Below, one piece after another: positions 11,918-21,839 of a stretch of 64,000 bases of DNA. Below the pieces are notes generated by a model. That model made no database searches and was not told where the DNA came from. It saw only the letters and a list, made by a program, of their open reading frames with translations. Made by a program: the position numbers and the translations under genes. Within the stretch, counting starts at the first letter, position 1; each line of letters opens with the position of its first letter. Origin of the DNA: Chloroflexota bacterium. Its GTDB lineage: Bacteria > Chloroflexota > UBA5177. The stretch covers positions 51,430 through 115,429 of the forward strand of contig JBPCMQ010000016.1 in NCBI GenBank assembly GCA_051002135.1, read 5' to 3'.

Positions 11918-13281
11918 CGCTTAGCCAACTCGGCCAGAACACGTGGAGCAAGTTTGGTGACGTCACCGGCGCCCATCGTCACGACCATGTCGCCGTCACG
12001 GGCCTCGGACACCACCATCGCTAGAGCGCGGTCCGCCGTCCCGGCATACGCGACGTGGGGATTCTGGCGACTGATCACCTGTGCCAGGCCTTCACCCGTC
12101 ATCCCGTAGGTGTCCGACTCGCGGGCTCCATAGATGTCGAGTAGGTAGAGCGCGTCGGCCCCTTCCAGCGCCGGGGCGAAGTCGTCGAGGAAGGCCGCCG
12201 TGCGGCTGTACGTGTGGGGTTGGAATACGAGGCGGAGGGGGCGGTTGAAGCGTTGTCTGAACGTCTGCAACATGGCCGCAATCTCGGTTGGGTGATGAGC
12301 GTAGTCATCCACCACCAGCACACCCGCCGCCTCACCCTTGATGTCGCACCGCCGTGCGACCCCCGAAAAGCTACTGAGCGCCGCCTGTATGTGGGCGACT
12401 TCCACCTCCAAGTGAAGCGCAACAGCGACCGCTCCCACTGCGTTGCGCACGTTGTGCAATCCGGCAAGGCCCATCTCAAAGGTATGTGAACCCTCCGGTA
12501 GCTCCACCGTAAACGCAAGGCGGCCGTCGCGTTCCACGATGTCGCGGGCCCGAATGTCACCCCGCTCGATCCCGTAGGTCACGCGCGGAACGCGCGCGCC
12601 ACGCACAATGTGCTGCAACACGGCATCATCCGCACAGGTGACAAGGCACCCACCAACCTGGTGTGCGAACTGACGGAAGGCGTCGTATACGCTTTCTTTC
12701 GTCCCGTAATAGTCAAGGTGCTCGGGCTCCACATTGGTGATGATCGCAATGGTAGGGTGGAGGCGCAGAAAAGATCCGTCGTATTCGTCGGCCTCGCCGA
12801 CGACGAGGTCTTCTCTGCCCATGCGCGTGTTTGAACCGAAGTTGGGACTCATACCACCCACGAGCACGGTCGGATCCAGCCCTCCTGCCGCGAGTATCCA
12901 CCCCACCAGCGCTGTGGTCGTGGTCTTGCCGTGGGTTCCGGCGATCGCTATCCCGCGCACGTCGTTCATGAGAGCAGCGAGCAGCTCCGATCTCTTCACC
13001 ACCGGGATGCCGTGCTTTTGGGCCTCGCTCACCTCCGGGTTATCGACTCCCACGGCAGAGGTGATGACCACCAGGTCCGCACCTTTCACGTTGCTTTCCG
13101 CGTGCCCGGCGACAACTCCGACGCCCAGCCGCACCAGAGACTCACCCTGATCTCCGGGATCGCGATCGGAACCGGAAACGACGAATCCACGCGCGTGCAG
13201 CAAACGAGCGAGCGAGCTCATGCCGATACCTCCCACTCCGACGAAGTGGATGTGGCGCCGGCCGGCCAGTATGTTGGTCAC
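11914..13281 (-). CDS. murC: UDP-N-acetylmuramate--L-alanine ligase MurC
   Basis: HFVGVGGIGMS N-terminus and GTHGKTTTT P-loop; Mur ligase architecture. Confidence 0.95.
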   Translation of the reverse strand: MTNILAGRRHIHFVGVGGIGMSSLARLLHARGFVVSGSDRDPGDQGESLVRLGVGVVAGHAESNVKGADLVVITSAVGVDNPEVSEAQKHGIPVVKRSELLAALMNDVRGIAIAGTHGKTTTTALVGWILAAGGLDPTVLVGGMSPNFGSNTRMGREDLVVGEADEYDGSFLRLHPTIAIITNVEPEHLDYYGTKESVYDAFRQFAHQVGGCLVTCADDAVLQHIVRGARVPRVTYGIERGDIRARDIVERDGRLAFTVELPEGSHTFEMGLAGLHNVRNAVGAVAVALHLEVEVAHIQAALSSFSGVARRCDIKGEAAGVLVVDDYAHHPTEIAAMLQTFRQRFNRPLRLVFQPHTYSRTAAFLDDFAPALEGADALYLLDIYGARESDTYGMTGEGLAQVISRQNPHVAYAGTADRALAMVVSEARDGDMVVTMGAGDVTKLAPRVLAELAKR

Positions 13282-14420
13282 GCCGCAGTCTCGCGCAAAA
13301 GACGCGCGATTTGCTGAGCCGCATCTGGCCGGGCCAGGGAGCGAGCCGCTCCCGCCATGCCTGCGAGGCGGGTCTCATTGCCCAAGAGGGCGCGGATGGT
13401 TGGTACCAGAACGTCGTCCAGGGTCGCCTCATCGACGATCACAGCCGCGCCGCGCCTTTCCAGATACTCCGCGTTGTCATACTGATGCACTTTTCGTTCG
13501 GGCAGGGGGACGAGAATCGACGGTTTGCCAAGCACGGGAAGCTCGCCGACCGTCGATGCGCCGCTTCGGCACACGACAAGGTCGGCGGCGGCCAAAGCGT
13601 CCGCCATTGCCTCGTCGTGAAGGTAGGCAAACAGGTGATACCGTTCGCGCTGCGCCGGCGAAAGGTCTGCGGCGGCGTTTCGGGCCTCCTCAAGGCGTTG
13701 CTCCCCGCAAATATGCACGACGTTCGAGTCTGTCAGGAGCTCGGGTAGCGATCGAGCCAGGGCTCGGTTGATGGCTCGCGCTCCCTGACTCGCTCCATAC
13801 ACGCAGAGGACACGTTCATGTGCGGGGAGGCCCATGCGCTGTCTCGCTTCACGCGGAGACGCGTGAGCGAAAAACTCCCGCACGGGATAGCCCGTGACCT
13901 CTGTCTTGACCGCAGGCAGATAGCGCAGCGTTTCCTCGGTGCTGGCGGCGATACGGCGCGCCAGGGGCAGGAGCCACGATACCGCTCGGCCGGGCACGAC
14001 ATCGGGAAGGAAAATGACGATGGGGATTCGCAGCATCCAGGAGGCGACGACCGCGGGCACCGAGACATACCCGCCAGTGGCGAAGGTCGCGCGCGGCCGG
14101 GTGCGGCAAAGCACAACGACCGATCGCAGCGTCGCGACCAGAAGCGACAAGATTCCCCCCGCGCTGTGCGGAGCTGCCATGGGGAAGAGAAACGAGCGTA
14201 CACCCGTCGCCGGCAGGAGATTCCTCTCCATTCCGCCAGAGCTGCCGATGTAGACCACATCCATATCATTGGGCTGCGGACCGGCGGCTTCGTCTGACAG
14301 AGACGCTGACCGCGGGTGCTCGATGCGGTCGTGCCCGCCGGGCTTCAGGTACCGGAGAATCGATAACGCGGGGTACAGGTGGCCGCCCGTCCCCCCGCCG
14401 GTGATCAGTATTGTGCGCAA
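13278..14420 (-). CDS. murG: Undecaprenyl-PP-MurNAc-pentapeptide GlcNAc transferase MurG (TTG start; low-complexity insertion after the G-loop)
   Basis: N-terminal ITGGGTGGHLYPAL G-loop and C-terminal SGASTVGEL motif. About 25 extra residues (KPGGHDRIEHPRSASLSDEAAGPQPNDMD) follow the first helix. Confidence 0.93.
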   Translation of the reverse strand: MRTILITGGGTGGHLYPALSILRYLKPGGHDRIEHPRSASLSDEAAGPQPNDMDVVYIGSSGGMERNLLPATGVRSFLFPMAAPHSAGGILSLLVATLRSVVVLCRTRPRATFATGGYVSVPAVVASWMLRIPIVIFLPDVVPGRAVSWLLPLARRIAASTEETLRYLPAVKTEVTGYPVREFFAHASPREARQRMGLPAHERVLCVYGASQGARAINRALARSLPELLTDSNVVHICGEQRLEEARNAAADLSPAQRERYHLFAYLHDEAMADALAAADLVVCRSGASTVGELPVLGKPSILVPLPERKVHQYDNAEYLERRGAAVIVDEATLDDVLVPTIRALLGNETRLAGMAGAARSLARPDAAQQIARLLRETAA

Positions 14421-15546
14421 AGCCTTCCCTTGGGTTATGTCTGGAGATGTTGAGCAGAATGCCCATTGCGGTCGTTGTGATGATGAGTGAAGTTCCGCCG
14501 TAGCTGATAAACGGCAAAGGGACGCCGGTGAACGGAACCGACGACGTTATCACCGCAAAATTCATGAGAGCCTGCAGGGTAATCCAGCTTGTGATGCCGG
14601 CCGCCAACAGTCTTCCGAATGGATCGGGAGCGCAGGTGGCGATCCGCATGCCGCGGTAGGCAACGACCATGAAGAGCAGCAGAATGGTCACGGTGCCGGC
14701 TAGGCCCAGCTCTTCGCCGATAACCGCGAGAATACTATCGGTGTGTGGAGCGGGCAACACAAACTTGCCGACGCCATTGCCCAGGCCTGTGCCGAACACG
14801 CCGCCCGATCCCAACGCCTGCAAGGCCTGCACGGTGTGCCAGCCCACGCCGGTCGGGTCCTTCCACGGGTCCATGAAGGCCGTGAGGCGCTCTTGACGGT
14901 AGCTGGAGCTGTGGATGAGCACCCAGGCGAAGCAGCCCGAGCCCGCGGCGACGATCACCATGTGGCGGACATCGGCTCCCGCCACGAAGAAGACGGCGAA
15001 AGCGGTAGCGGCAATGACGATTGCCGTCCCGAGATCGGGCTGGCGGACGATGAGAAAGACGACGAGACCGACGGCCAAGCTGAAGGGAACAAAGGTCTTC
15101 TCGAGCTCTCTGATCGCCGCCCCCTTTCTCGGCAGCCAGGTGGCTAGATACAGAATGAGGGCGAGCTTGATGAGCTCGCTGGGTTCCAGGGAAATACCCG
15201 CGCCCAGCGAGAACCAGCGGCGCGCGCCGTGCGAAATGTGGCCCACATGCGTCAGCACCAGAACGAGGAGCAGCATGGTTACGCCAAAGAAGGGCGCGGC
15301 GATCCGCATCCAGCGGTGATAGTTTACGCGCGCCGTAATAGAGATCATGACCAGCCCGAGGGCCGCGAATGCGACCTCTCGCTCCAGAACGTAGTACTGC
15401 GAGCCGTAATACGTGTATGCATTGCCGATGCTCGCGCTGTAGACCATGAGTACCCCGATGCACATGAGCCCAAGGAATGCCAGGGTGAGCGGGAGATCGA
15501 CGTCCCCGACGAGTATGGAAGCGGTCCGGCGCACGCTACGCTGCAC
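14266..15546 (-). CDS. ftsW: Peptidoglycan polymerase / cell division protein FtsW (SEDS family)
   Basis: Multi-TM SEDS pattern (VGKFVLPAPHTDSI, PFISYGGTS). GTG at 15546 follows GGAG by 8 nt; the ORF track start is 15570. The 3' end overlaps murG by 155 nt. Confidence 0.9.
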   Translation of the reverse strand: MQRSVRRTASILVGDVDLPLTLAFLGLMCIGVLMVYSASIGNAYTYYGSQYYVLEREVAFAALGLVMISITARVNYHRWMRIAAPFFGVTMLLLVLVLTHVGHISHGARRWFSLGAGISLEPSELIKLALILYLATWLPRKGAAIRELEKTFVPFSLAVGLVVFLIVRQPDLGTAIVIAATAFAVFFVAGADVRHMVIVAAGSGCFAWVLIHSSSYRQERLTAFMDPWKDPTGVGWHTVQALQALGSGGVFGTGLGNGVGKFVLPAPHTDSILAVIGEELGLAGTVTILLLFMVVAYRGMRIATCAPDPFGRLLAAGITSWITLQALMNFAVITSSVPFTGVPLPFISYGGTSLIITTTAMGILLNISRHNPREGFAHNTDHRRGDGRPPVPRVIDSPVPEARRARPHRAPAVSVSVRRSRRSAAQ

Positions 15547-16921
15547 GCAAACGCTCCACGGCGCGAGCAAAAGCTGCGCCGCGCTCCTCGAAGTCGTGAA
15601 ACATGTCGTAGCTGGCGCACGCCGGAGACAGAAGGACGACGTCTCCGGTTCTGGCCAGGTCGCTCGCCGTGCGCACGGCGGCTTCGAGACTCACGCAGCG
15701 CACGATGGCGCCTCGCTCCAGCAATCCTGTTTCGTGTGGTAGGGCACTCAGAAGCGCGTGCTCGATGGTGTCCGCTGCTTCGCCGATCAGCACCACCGCG
15801 CGGGCCCGACGGACAGCTAAACGAGCGAGCTCCTGCCACGGGAGGCATTTGTCACGGCCGCCCGCGATCAGCACGACCGGCGCGCTGATGGCTTGCAAGG
15901 CCACAGACGCTCGTGCCGGTGATGTGGCGATTGAGTCATCGACGTATCGCACACCGGAGCGATCGGCGACGGGCTGCAAACGGTGAGGAGCCGGCTGGAA
16001 GGTACGGATCGCCTTCGCCATGGAGTGCGCGGGAACATCGAAAATAGATGTAGCGGCGGTCGCGGCGAGCACGTTTTCCACGTTGTGGCGGCCAAGCAAG
16101 GGAATGTCCGCTTCGGGCAGGACGGGTGCCCACGAACCGCCCTTCAGTAGCCCAAGATGTCCGTCTCGAACGGTCGATCCGTTTTGCGCACCACGGCTGT
16201 CGAAGCCGAAATTGTGCGTCTGGGCGGGTGTCGAGCTCTCGAAAAGCGGAGCATAGGAGTCGGCGGTATTCAAGACCAGGTGGTCGGCCGCGCTCTGATG
16301 TGAACAGATATTGAGCTTCGCGAAAACGTAGCTCTCCATCGTCTCATGTCGGTCCAGATGGTTGGGTGTGACGTTGGTGACGACGGCGACATGGGGGCTG
16401 CGACGCAAGAGGTGAAGCTGAAAGCTGCTCAGCTCCAGCACCACGATCGTGTTCGCGTGGATGCGCGGCAGCAGATCCAGCATTGGGTCCCCAATGTTCC
16501 CGCCCACCACGACATGGCGATCAGCGGTGCGAAAGATATGCCCGATAAGACCGGTTGTCGTCGTCTTCCCGCTGCTGCCCGTCACTCCGACGATGGAGCC
16601 GGGGCACAGGGCGAAAAAGAGCGTCGTCATGCTCTGAATGGGTAGCGCTCTCTCAATCGCCGCCTGATAGACCGGGTTGGTCTCGGGCACGCCGGGGCTC
16701 ACGAAAATCGCATCCGCCTCGTGCACCAGCTCGGGATAGTCGGCCCCGACGACAAGGCGGACAGACGGAAGGGCGAGTCCCCGCGCGGAGGCAGCCAGCG
16801 CATCCATGGGAGCCGCGTCCGTCACGGTGACTTCGGCGCGCTGACGCGCAAAGAAACGAGCGAGCGAGGCTCCCTCTCGCGCCAGCCCAAGAATCAGGAC
16901 GCGGCGGTTCGACAGTTCCAT
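15536..16921 (-). CDS. murD: UDP-N-acetylmuramoylalanine--D-glutamate ligase MurD
   Basis: GVTGSSGKTTTT P-loop, N-terminal Rossmann (VLILGLAREG). ATG at 16921 is preceded by GAGGAGG; the ORF track start is 16942. Confidence 0.93.
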   Translation of the reverse strand: MELSNRRVLILGLAREGASLARFFARQRAEVTVTDAAPMDALAASARGLALPSVRLVVGADYPELVHEADAIFVSPGVPETNPVYQAAIERALPIQSMTTLFFALCPGSIVGVTGSSGKTTTTGLIGHIFRTADRHVVVGGNIGDPMLDLLPRIHANTIVVLELSSFQLHLLRRSPHVAVVTNVTPNHLDRHETMESYVFAKLNICSHQSAADHLVLNTADSYAPLFESSTPAQTHNFGFDSRGAQNGSTVRDGHLGLLKGGSWAPVLPEADIPLLGRHNVENVLAATAATSIFDVPAHSMAKAIRTFQPAPHRLQPVADRSGVRYVDDSIATSPARASVALQAISAPVVLIAGGRDKCLPWQELARLAVRRARAVVLIGEAADTIEHALLSALPHETGLLERGAIVRCVSLEAAVRTASDLARTGDVVLLSPACASYDMFHDFEERGAAFARAVERLRAA

Positions 16922-16928
16922 AACCTCC

Positions 16929-17978
16929 TCAGCTGAAAGCAAGAGCTACGCCCGCGACTCCGCACAGCATGCTAACGATCCAGAAGCGCTGAGTCACCTG
17001 ATTCTCGTGCCATCCCGCGAGTTGCAGGTGGTTGTGCAGGGGACTCATGCGGAGAAGCCGGCGCCCCCCGGTGAGCTTGAAGTAGCCAACTTGCAGCATG
17101 ACGGACACCGTCACGATCACGTACACAAAGCCAATGATCGGCAACACCAGGAGCTGATTCAGGAGCAGCGCCACGGTGGCGAGAGATGCACCGATGGCCA
17201 GCGACCCGGCATCGCCCATGAACACTCGAGCGGGGTAGATGTTGTACCAGAGGAAAGCCAGCAGCGCGCCGACCATGCAGAAACAGAATTCGCCTGTGTA
17301 GAGATAATTCCTGGTGAGAAGGGCAATGACGCCGAAACTCGTGAAGGCGATCGCGCTGCTTCCGGCCGCCAGCCCATCCAGCCCATCGGTCAGGTTGACG
17401 GCGTGCGCGGTGCCGACAATGGCAGCGACGGCCAGGGGCCAGTACCAGATTCCGAAGCTTCTCGACCCGAACGATGGGACCCAGACATTGTCCGGGTGAG
17501 CGAGGAGACGCGGAGTGTGAAGAGCGGCAACGATAACGATCGCAATGATCACTGTCCACGCCAACTTGAAGCGCGCGCGCATTCCCGCACTGCCGGCCCG
17601 CACGGTGGTCATGCGGTCGTCCACGGCTCCCAGTGCGCTGCAGCTGGTCAGAGCTCCCACCGTCAGGAGCTGTGACAGATGCATGCCGGGAAAGATGATG
17701 TACGCCACCGTCAAGACACTGGTGACGGTGCTGAAGAGCAATCCACCCATAGTTGGGGTGCCGACCTTTGTCAGGTGCGACTGCGGACCCTCGACCCTGA
17801 TCTGTTTACCGATGCTCATGCCGCGGAGGAAGCGGATGACGTACGGCGCTGCAAACATGCAGATGGTGAAGCTGGCCACGCCGAAGACCATCGCCTGCAG
17901 GAGGACCTGCGGAATGAGCTTGGATCCTGTGGGATTGGTTGTCGCGAACAGGGCATTGAATCCTGCCGTGCTCAGCAC
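16929..17978 (-). CDS. mraY: Phospho-N-acetylmuramoyl-pentapeptide transferase MraY
   Basis: Polytopic membrane protein with PTMGG, NLTDGLDGLA and MGDAGSLA motifs. GTG at 17978 (GGAG 8 nt upstream) overlaps the murF stop (GTGCTGA). The ORF track start is 18053. Confidence 0.93.
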   Translation of the reverse strand: MLSTAGFNALFATTNPTGSKLIPQVLLQAMVFGVASFTICMFAAPYVIRFLRGMSIGKQIRVEGPQSHLTKVGTPTMGGLLFSTVTSVLTVAYIIFPGMHLSQLLTVGALTSCSALGAVDDRMTTVRAGSAGMRARFKLAWTVIIAIVIVAALHTPRLLAHPDNVWVPSFGSRSFGIWYWPLAVAAIVGTAHAVNLTDGLDGLAAGSSAIAFTSFGVIALLTRNYLYTGEFCFCMVGALLAFLWYNIYPARVFMGDAGSLAIGASLATVALLLNQLLVLPIIGFVYVIVTVSVMLQVGYFKLTGGRRLLRMSPLHNHLQLAGWHENQVTQRFWIVSMLCGVAGVALAFS

Positions 17979-19492
17979 GAGCTTGCTCCAATGAGACCGC
18001 TTACAACTTCCTCCATCCCCATGCCACGTGACCCTTTGACGAGTACGGTCCACTCATTTGCGTCTTTCGATCGCTCCCAAGATCCTCGCATTTTAGGGGA
18101 CGATGTCGCGGCCCCCGTCGCGAGCGCGCCCCTGATGAGTGAAGCCACGGCGTGCAGGGCGTCGGCATTCGTGGCGGCCCGTACGATCCGCCTGGTTTCC
18201 ATGCCGGCACGCTCGGCGCCATCTCCAATCCAGGCCCCGCGCTCTCCCCGCGCCACCAGCCAATCGGCTGCGCGCGCGACCTCTTGACCAATCTCGATGT
18301 GGGCTGCCTCTTCGTCTGGTCCAAGCTCCAACATGTCGCCGAGAACGGCTATCTTGACGCCCGTGCCCGAGGCCAAGACATCGAGCGCCGCACGCATCGA
18401 TGGCGGTGAGGCGTTATAAGTGTCGTCAATCAGGACGACGTTGTCGCAACGAAGGTGAACGATCCGCTGTCGTGTCTCCAGGCGCACATCCTCCATTGCC
18501 GCCTGAATCTCGCACCAAGCCATACCCACAGATCGGGCGACGGCCGCCGCAAAGAGAAAGGCGTGGACCGTGTGAACGCCGGGGACGCGTGTCCGGATTG
18601 AAAAGCGTCGGCCTTCCGCCCGCAGGGTAAAGCGTACACCTTTCAGGCCTATGGTCTGAATGTCCTCCGCTCGGAAATCGCAATCGGTGCCGATTCCGAC
18701 CCACACAATGGGAGAGACCCCACTCGATTTCGTCATAGCCCTTGTCCACGGGTCATCTCCGTTCACCACCGCCAGCCCGTCTGGTTGCAGGCCCGCCACC
18801 ATCTCGCTCTTGCCGCGCGCGATGCGTTCGAGGGTCGTGCATCGCTCCAGATGAATTGGAGCCACGTTGGTGACGATGCCGACGGTGGGGCGAGAGATCT
18901 CGACCAGAACCGCGATATCCCCGGGTACATGCATGCCCATCTCGAGAACCGCGATTTCGTGGCGTTTCTCCAGCCGCAGGAGCGTCAAAGGAAGGCCGAT
19001 TTCGGTATTGAAGTTGGCTTCACTCCGAAGCACGGGGCATTGGGCGGACAGAACCGAGGCGACGATTTCCTTGGTAGTCGTCTTCCCGATACTACCCGTG
19101 ATGCCGACGACCGGTATGTCGTGGCGAAGCCGCCAGTATGTGGCGAGTCTCTGCAAAGCTGATAGCGTATCCGGCACGACAAGCAGAACTATCTCGTGCG
19201 CGTTCGCAGGCGCCTGGCGAAGTATTTTTTCATCTGGAATGCGAGAGACCAAACAAGCGGCAGATCCTCTCTTGAGAGCATCTCCGATAAACTCGTGGCC
19301 ATCTGTGCGCTCGCCTCTCAAAGCGACAAATAAGCTACCCGGTTCGGCGGTGCGCGAGTCCACCGTCACACTCATGAGGGCCTGTGCCAGGTCCGCCCGA
19401 GCCAGGCCGCCGGATGTCAATCCATTGGACGGCCGGCCCCGAACAACCTCGGCTCCCGTCCCGTTGAGAACGGCAGCGACGTCGATGGTCAT
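17972..19492 (-). CDS. murF: UDP-N-acetylmuramoyl-tripeptide--D-alanyl-D-alanine ligase MurF
   Basis: ITGSIGKTTTKE P-loop is typical of MurF rather than MurE. ATG at 19492 forms an ATGA overlap with the ftsI stop. The longer ORF to 19588 overlaps ftsI. Confidence 0.9.
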   Translation of the reverse strand: MTIDVAAVLNGTGAEVVRGRPSNGLTSGGLARADLAQALMSVTVDSRTAEPGSLFVALRGERTDGHEFIGDALKRGSAACLVSRIPDEKILRQAPANAHEIVLLVVPDTLSALQRLATYWRLRHDIPVVGITGSIGKTTTKEIVASVLSAQCPVLRSEANFNTEIGLPLTLLRLEKRHEIAVLEMGMHVPGDIAVLVEISRPTVGIVTNVAPIHLERCTTLERIARGKSEMVAGLQPDGLAVVNGDDPWTRAMTKSSGVSPIVWVGIGTDCDFRAEDIQTIGLKGVRFTLRAEGRRFSIRTRVPGVHTVHAFLFAAAVARSVGMAWCEIQAAMEDVRLETRQRIVHLRCDNVVLIDDTYNASPPSMRAALDVLASGTGVKIAVLGDMLELGPDEEAAHIEIGQEVARAADWLVARGERGAWIGDGAERAGMETRRIVRAATNADALHAVASLIRGALATGAATSSPKMRGSWERSKDANEWTVLVKGSRGMGMEEVVSGLIGASSC

Positions 19493-21324
19493 CTTCCCGC
19501 CGCGCTTTGAGCGGGTGGGATGTGGTCGTACATGAACAGATCCTGAAAGAGGTTGTGAAGCACGGGCGCCGCCGCTATGGATCCCCATGGCGTATCCCGA
19601 GGGTGATCTATCTTGACCAGGATAATGAACCGCGGTCGATAGGCGGGTGCGTACCCCACGATACTGGCGATTGTGTCGCCGGTGATGTATTTGCCATCCG
19701 GGCCGGCGACGTTCGAGGTCCCTGTTTTCGCGGCAATGTTGTACCCCTGGACCAGACCGAGCGATGCTTCACCTCCTACCGCCGAACGCACGAGCATGTC
19801 GGTCAATGTACGGGCGGACTGGCGAGACATAACACGCCCCGCGGTGACCGGTGGATGGTCGATGATGTGGCCGTCGTACCGGATCTGTTGTACAACCTGC
19901 GGCTGCATCAGGACGCCATGGTTGGCCACGGCGCCGGCCGCGCGCACAAGCTGCAAAGGCGTCACCGCCAGGCCCTGACCAAAGGCATTGGTGAATTGAT
20001 TGACGCTTGTCCACGTCGTGTCACCGGGTAAGGGCAAGAGGCCGGCCGAGTCGTTGGGGAGATCGATGCCGGTAGGTTTACCGAATCCGAACGCCTTCAC
20101 ATACCTATAGAAAGCGTCACGGCCGAGCCGCTGCGACACCCAGGCAGCGCCAACGTTCGCGGAGTGCTGGAGCACCTGGGTCATTGTCTCCCATCCGAAA
20201 CCGCCGTCGTTCCAGTTGTGCAAGACGCGGTGGTCGGCTACAAAGAATTGGCCTGTGTCTTCGAAAGCGGTCGTGGGCGTGATTGTGTGGGTGTCGAGAC
20301 CTGCGGCCATTGTGATGATCTTGAATGTAGAGCCCGGCTCGTAGACGTTTTCTACCGACGGGTTGACAAAACGAGCAGCGGGATATCGGCCGTAGTGGTT
20401 CGGGTTGTACGCGGGAGTGCTCGCCATACCGAGGATATAACCGGTGCGCGGGTCCATCACGATAATCGTTCCGCCGTCGGCGCTATGCTTCTTGACAGCC
20501 TTGGCAAGCTCGTCTTCCACGAACCCTTGCACCACTCCGTCTAGAGACAGGCGAAGAGTGGCGCCGTCGTGCACAGGTGCCCCTGAATCTGGGCTGATGT
20601 GTATGTCGTTGCCTGCCGTATCTTTCAGGACCGAGCGCAGCCCGGCGTGTCCCGCCAACAGTCGATCGTAGTAGGACTCTAGTCCGGCGTCGCCACGGTT
20701 GTTCCCGCCAACAAATCCGAGAACCTGGGACGCTTCCGCTCCACCCGGGTAGTCACGCTGTGGAACCGGATTTAGCACGATGCCGGGAAGGGCGAGCCGG
20801 CGGATTCTCCGGCTTGTGCTTTCATCGATACGAGGCGCGAGCAGAATGTATCCGGACAGGCTGTCGAACCACCGTTGCAAACGCATGACCGACACGCCGA
20901 CGAGCGGCGAGATGATGGCCGCGGTCCGAGCCGGATCACGCATTTCCTTGGGAATCGCGTACACCTGGTTCATCGCGATTTCGGTGGCCAACGGATTGCC
21001 GCGCGCATCCAAAATCTCCCCACGCGATGGCTGCTGGACCGAAAGTAGGGCATGCTCGCGAGCGGCCGCGAGAGCGAGACGGCCATGTTGCATCACCTGC
21101 CAGAAAGCGAGGCGTGCCACAAGACCGCTGCTGCACAGGAGCATGACCAGAAGAAGCAGGAACGGACGGCTGCTGCCTGCGCTGACGGCCACCTCGTCCG
21201 CCTTGCGCTTTGCAGAAGGACGCCGAGAAAGTGCGCTTGGGGTTGCGGGCCGCGACGCTCGGCGAGAGCGGGTCGCCGACGACCGTGGGTGAGCGGTAGG
21301 GCGAGAAACCCGAGAGTCGAGCAT
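19489..21324 (-). CDS. ftsI: Class B penicillin-binding protein / peptidoglycan transpeptidase FtsI
   Basis: STFK, SAN (HSANVG) and KTGT active-site motifs. A single TM helix follows a Ser/Arg/Pro-rich N-terminus. ATG at 21324 overlaps the ftsL stop (TAATG). Confidence 0.92.
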   Translation of the reverse strand: MLDSRVSRPTAHPRSSATRSRRASRPATPSALSRRPSAKRKADEVAVSAGSSRPFLLLLVMLLCSSGLVARLAFWQVMQHGRLALAAAREHALLSVQQPSRGEILDARGNPLATEIAMNQVYAIPKEMRDPARTAAIISPLVGVSVMRLQRWFDSLSGYILLAPRIDESTSRRIRRLALPGIVLNPVPQRDYPGGAEASQVLGFVGGNNRGDAGLESYYDRLLAGHAGLRSVLKDTAGNDIHISPDSGAPVHDGATLRLSLDGVVQGFVEDELAKAVKKHSADGGTIIVMDPRTGYILGMASTPAYNPNHYGRYPAARFVNPSVENVYEPGSTFKIITMAAGLDTHTITPTTAFEDTGQFFVADHRVLHNWNDGGFGWETMTQVLQHSANVGAAWVSQRLGRDAFYRYVKAFGFGKPTGIDLPNDSAGLLPLPGDTTWTSVNQFTNAFGQGLAVTPLQLVRAAGAVANHGVLMQPQVVQQIRYDGHIIDHPPVTAGRVMSRQSARTLTDMLVRSAVGGEASLGLVQGYNIAAKTGTSNVAGPDGKYITGDTIASIVGYAPAYRPRFIILVKIDHPRDTPWGSIAAAPVLHNLFQDLFMYDHIPPAQSAAGR

Positions 21325-21830
21325 TATAGCGAGGTCGCTACCAGATGGGCGAAGCGCCCTATCCAAGCGATCGGCTCAGACCTCTGCGCCGCGGCCACGG
21401 TGTCCTGTTCCTGTGACCGGTAGGCCGCCGGCCGCGGCACCCGGGGGCTGATCCATATGGTCGTCGACAGATCAGCCTGGGCCATCTTCAAGTGAGTGGA
21501 CGCGAGGATCTCGATGCGGCTCAGGGACTGCAGGGAGGTGGCGGACGCATGCAGGCTGGCACTTTGCATTTGCAGACGGGCGCGGTTGTCCTGCAAGGCA
21601 TTGATGGTCACCTGCGTCACTGATGCCTCGCTCGCCTGGGCCAGGTACATCATGCAGGCCAGAGCCACAAGAGACATCGCCAGCATCATTTGCACGGACG
21701 TGGACGTGCCGAGCGTATCCAGGAGCCGCTCGCGGCCCACGCCTGAGACCCGGAGCCACCGTCCTCTGGCCGCCCTCTGAGGCGCCAAAGTCTCTGAGCG
21801 TACCCCTCCGACAGACCGTTGATCGATCAT
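21324..21830 (-). CDS. ftsL: FtsL-like cell division protein
   Basis: One TM helix (MMLAMSLVALACMMYL) followed by a coiled-coil-like segment. Canonical position between rsmH and ftsI. Confidence 0.6.
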   Translation of the reverse strand: MIDQRSVGGVRSETLAPQRAARGRWLRVSGVGRERLLDTLGTSTSVQMMLAMSLVALACMMYLAQASEASVTQVTINALQDNRARLQMQSASLHASATSLQSLSRIEILASTHLKMAQADLSTTIWISPRVPRPAAYRSQEQDTVAAAQRSEPIAWIGRFAHLVATSL

Positions 21831-21839
21831 GCGTTCCCC

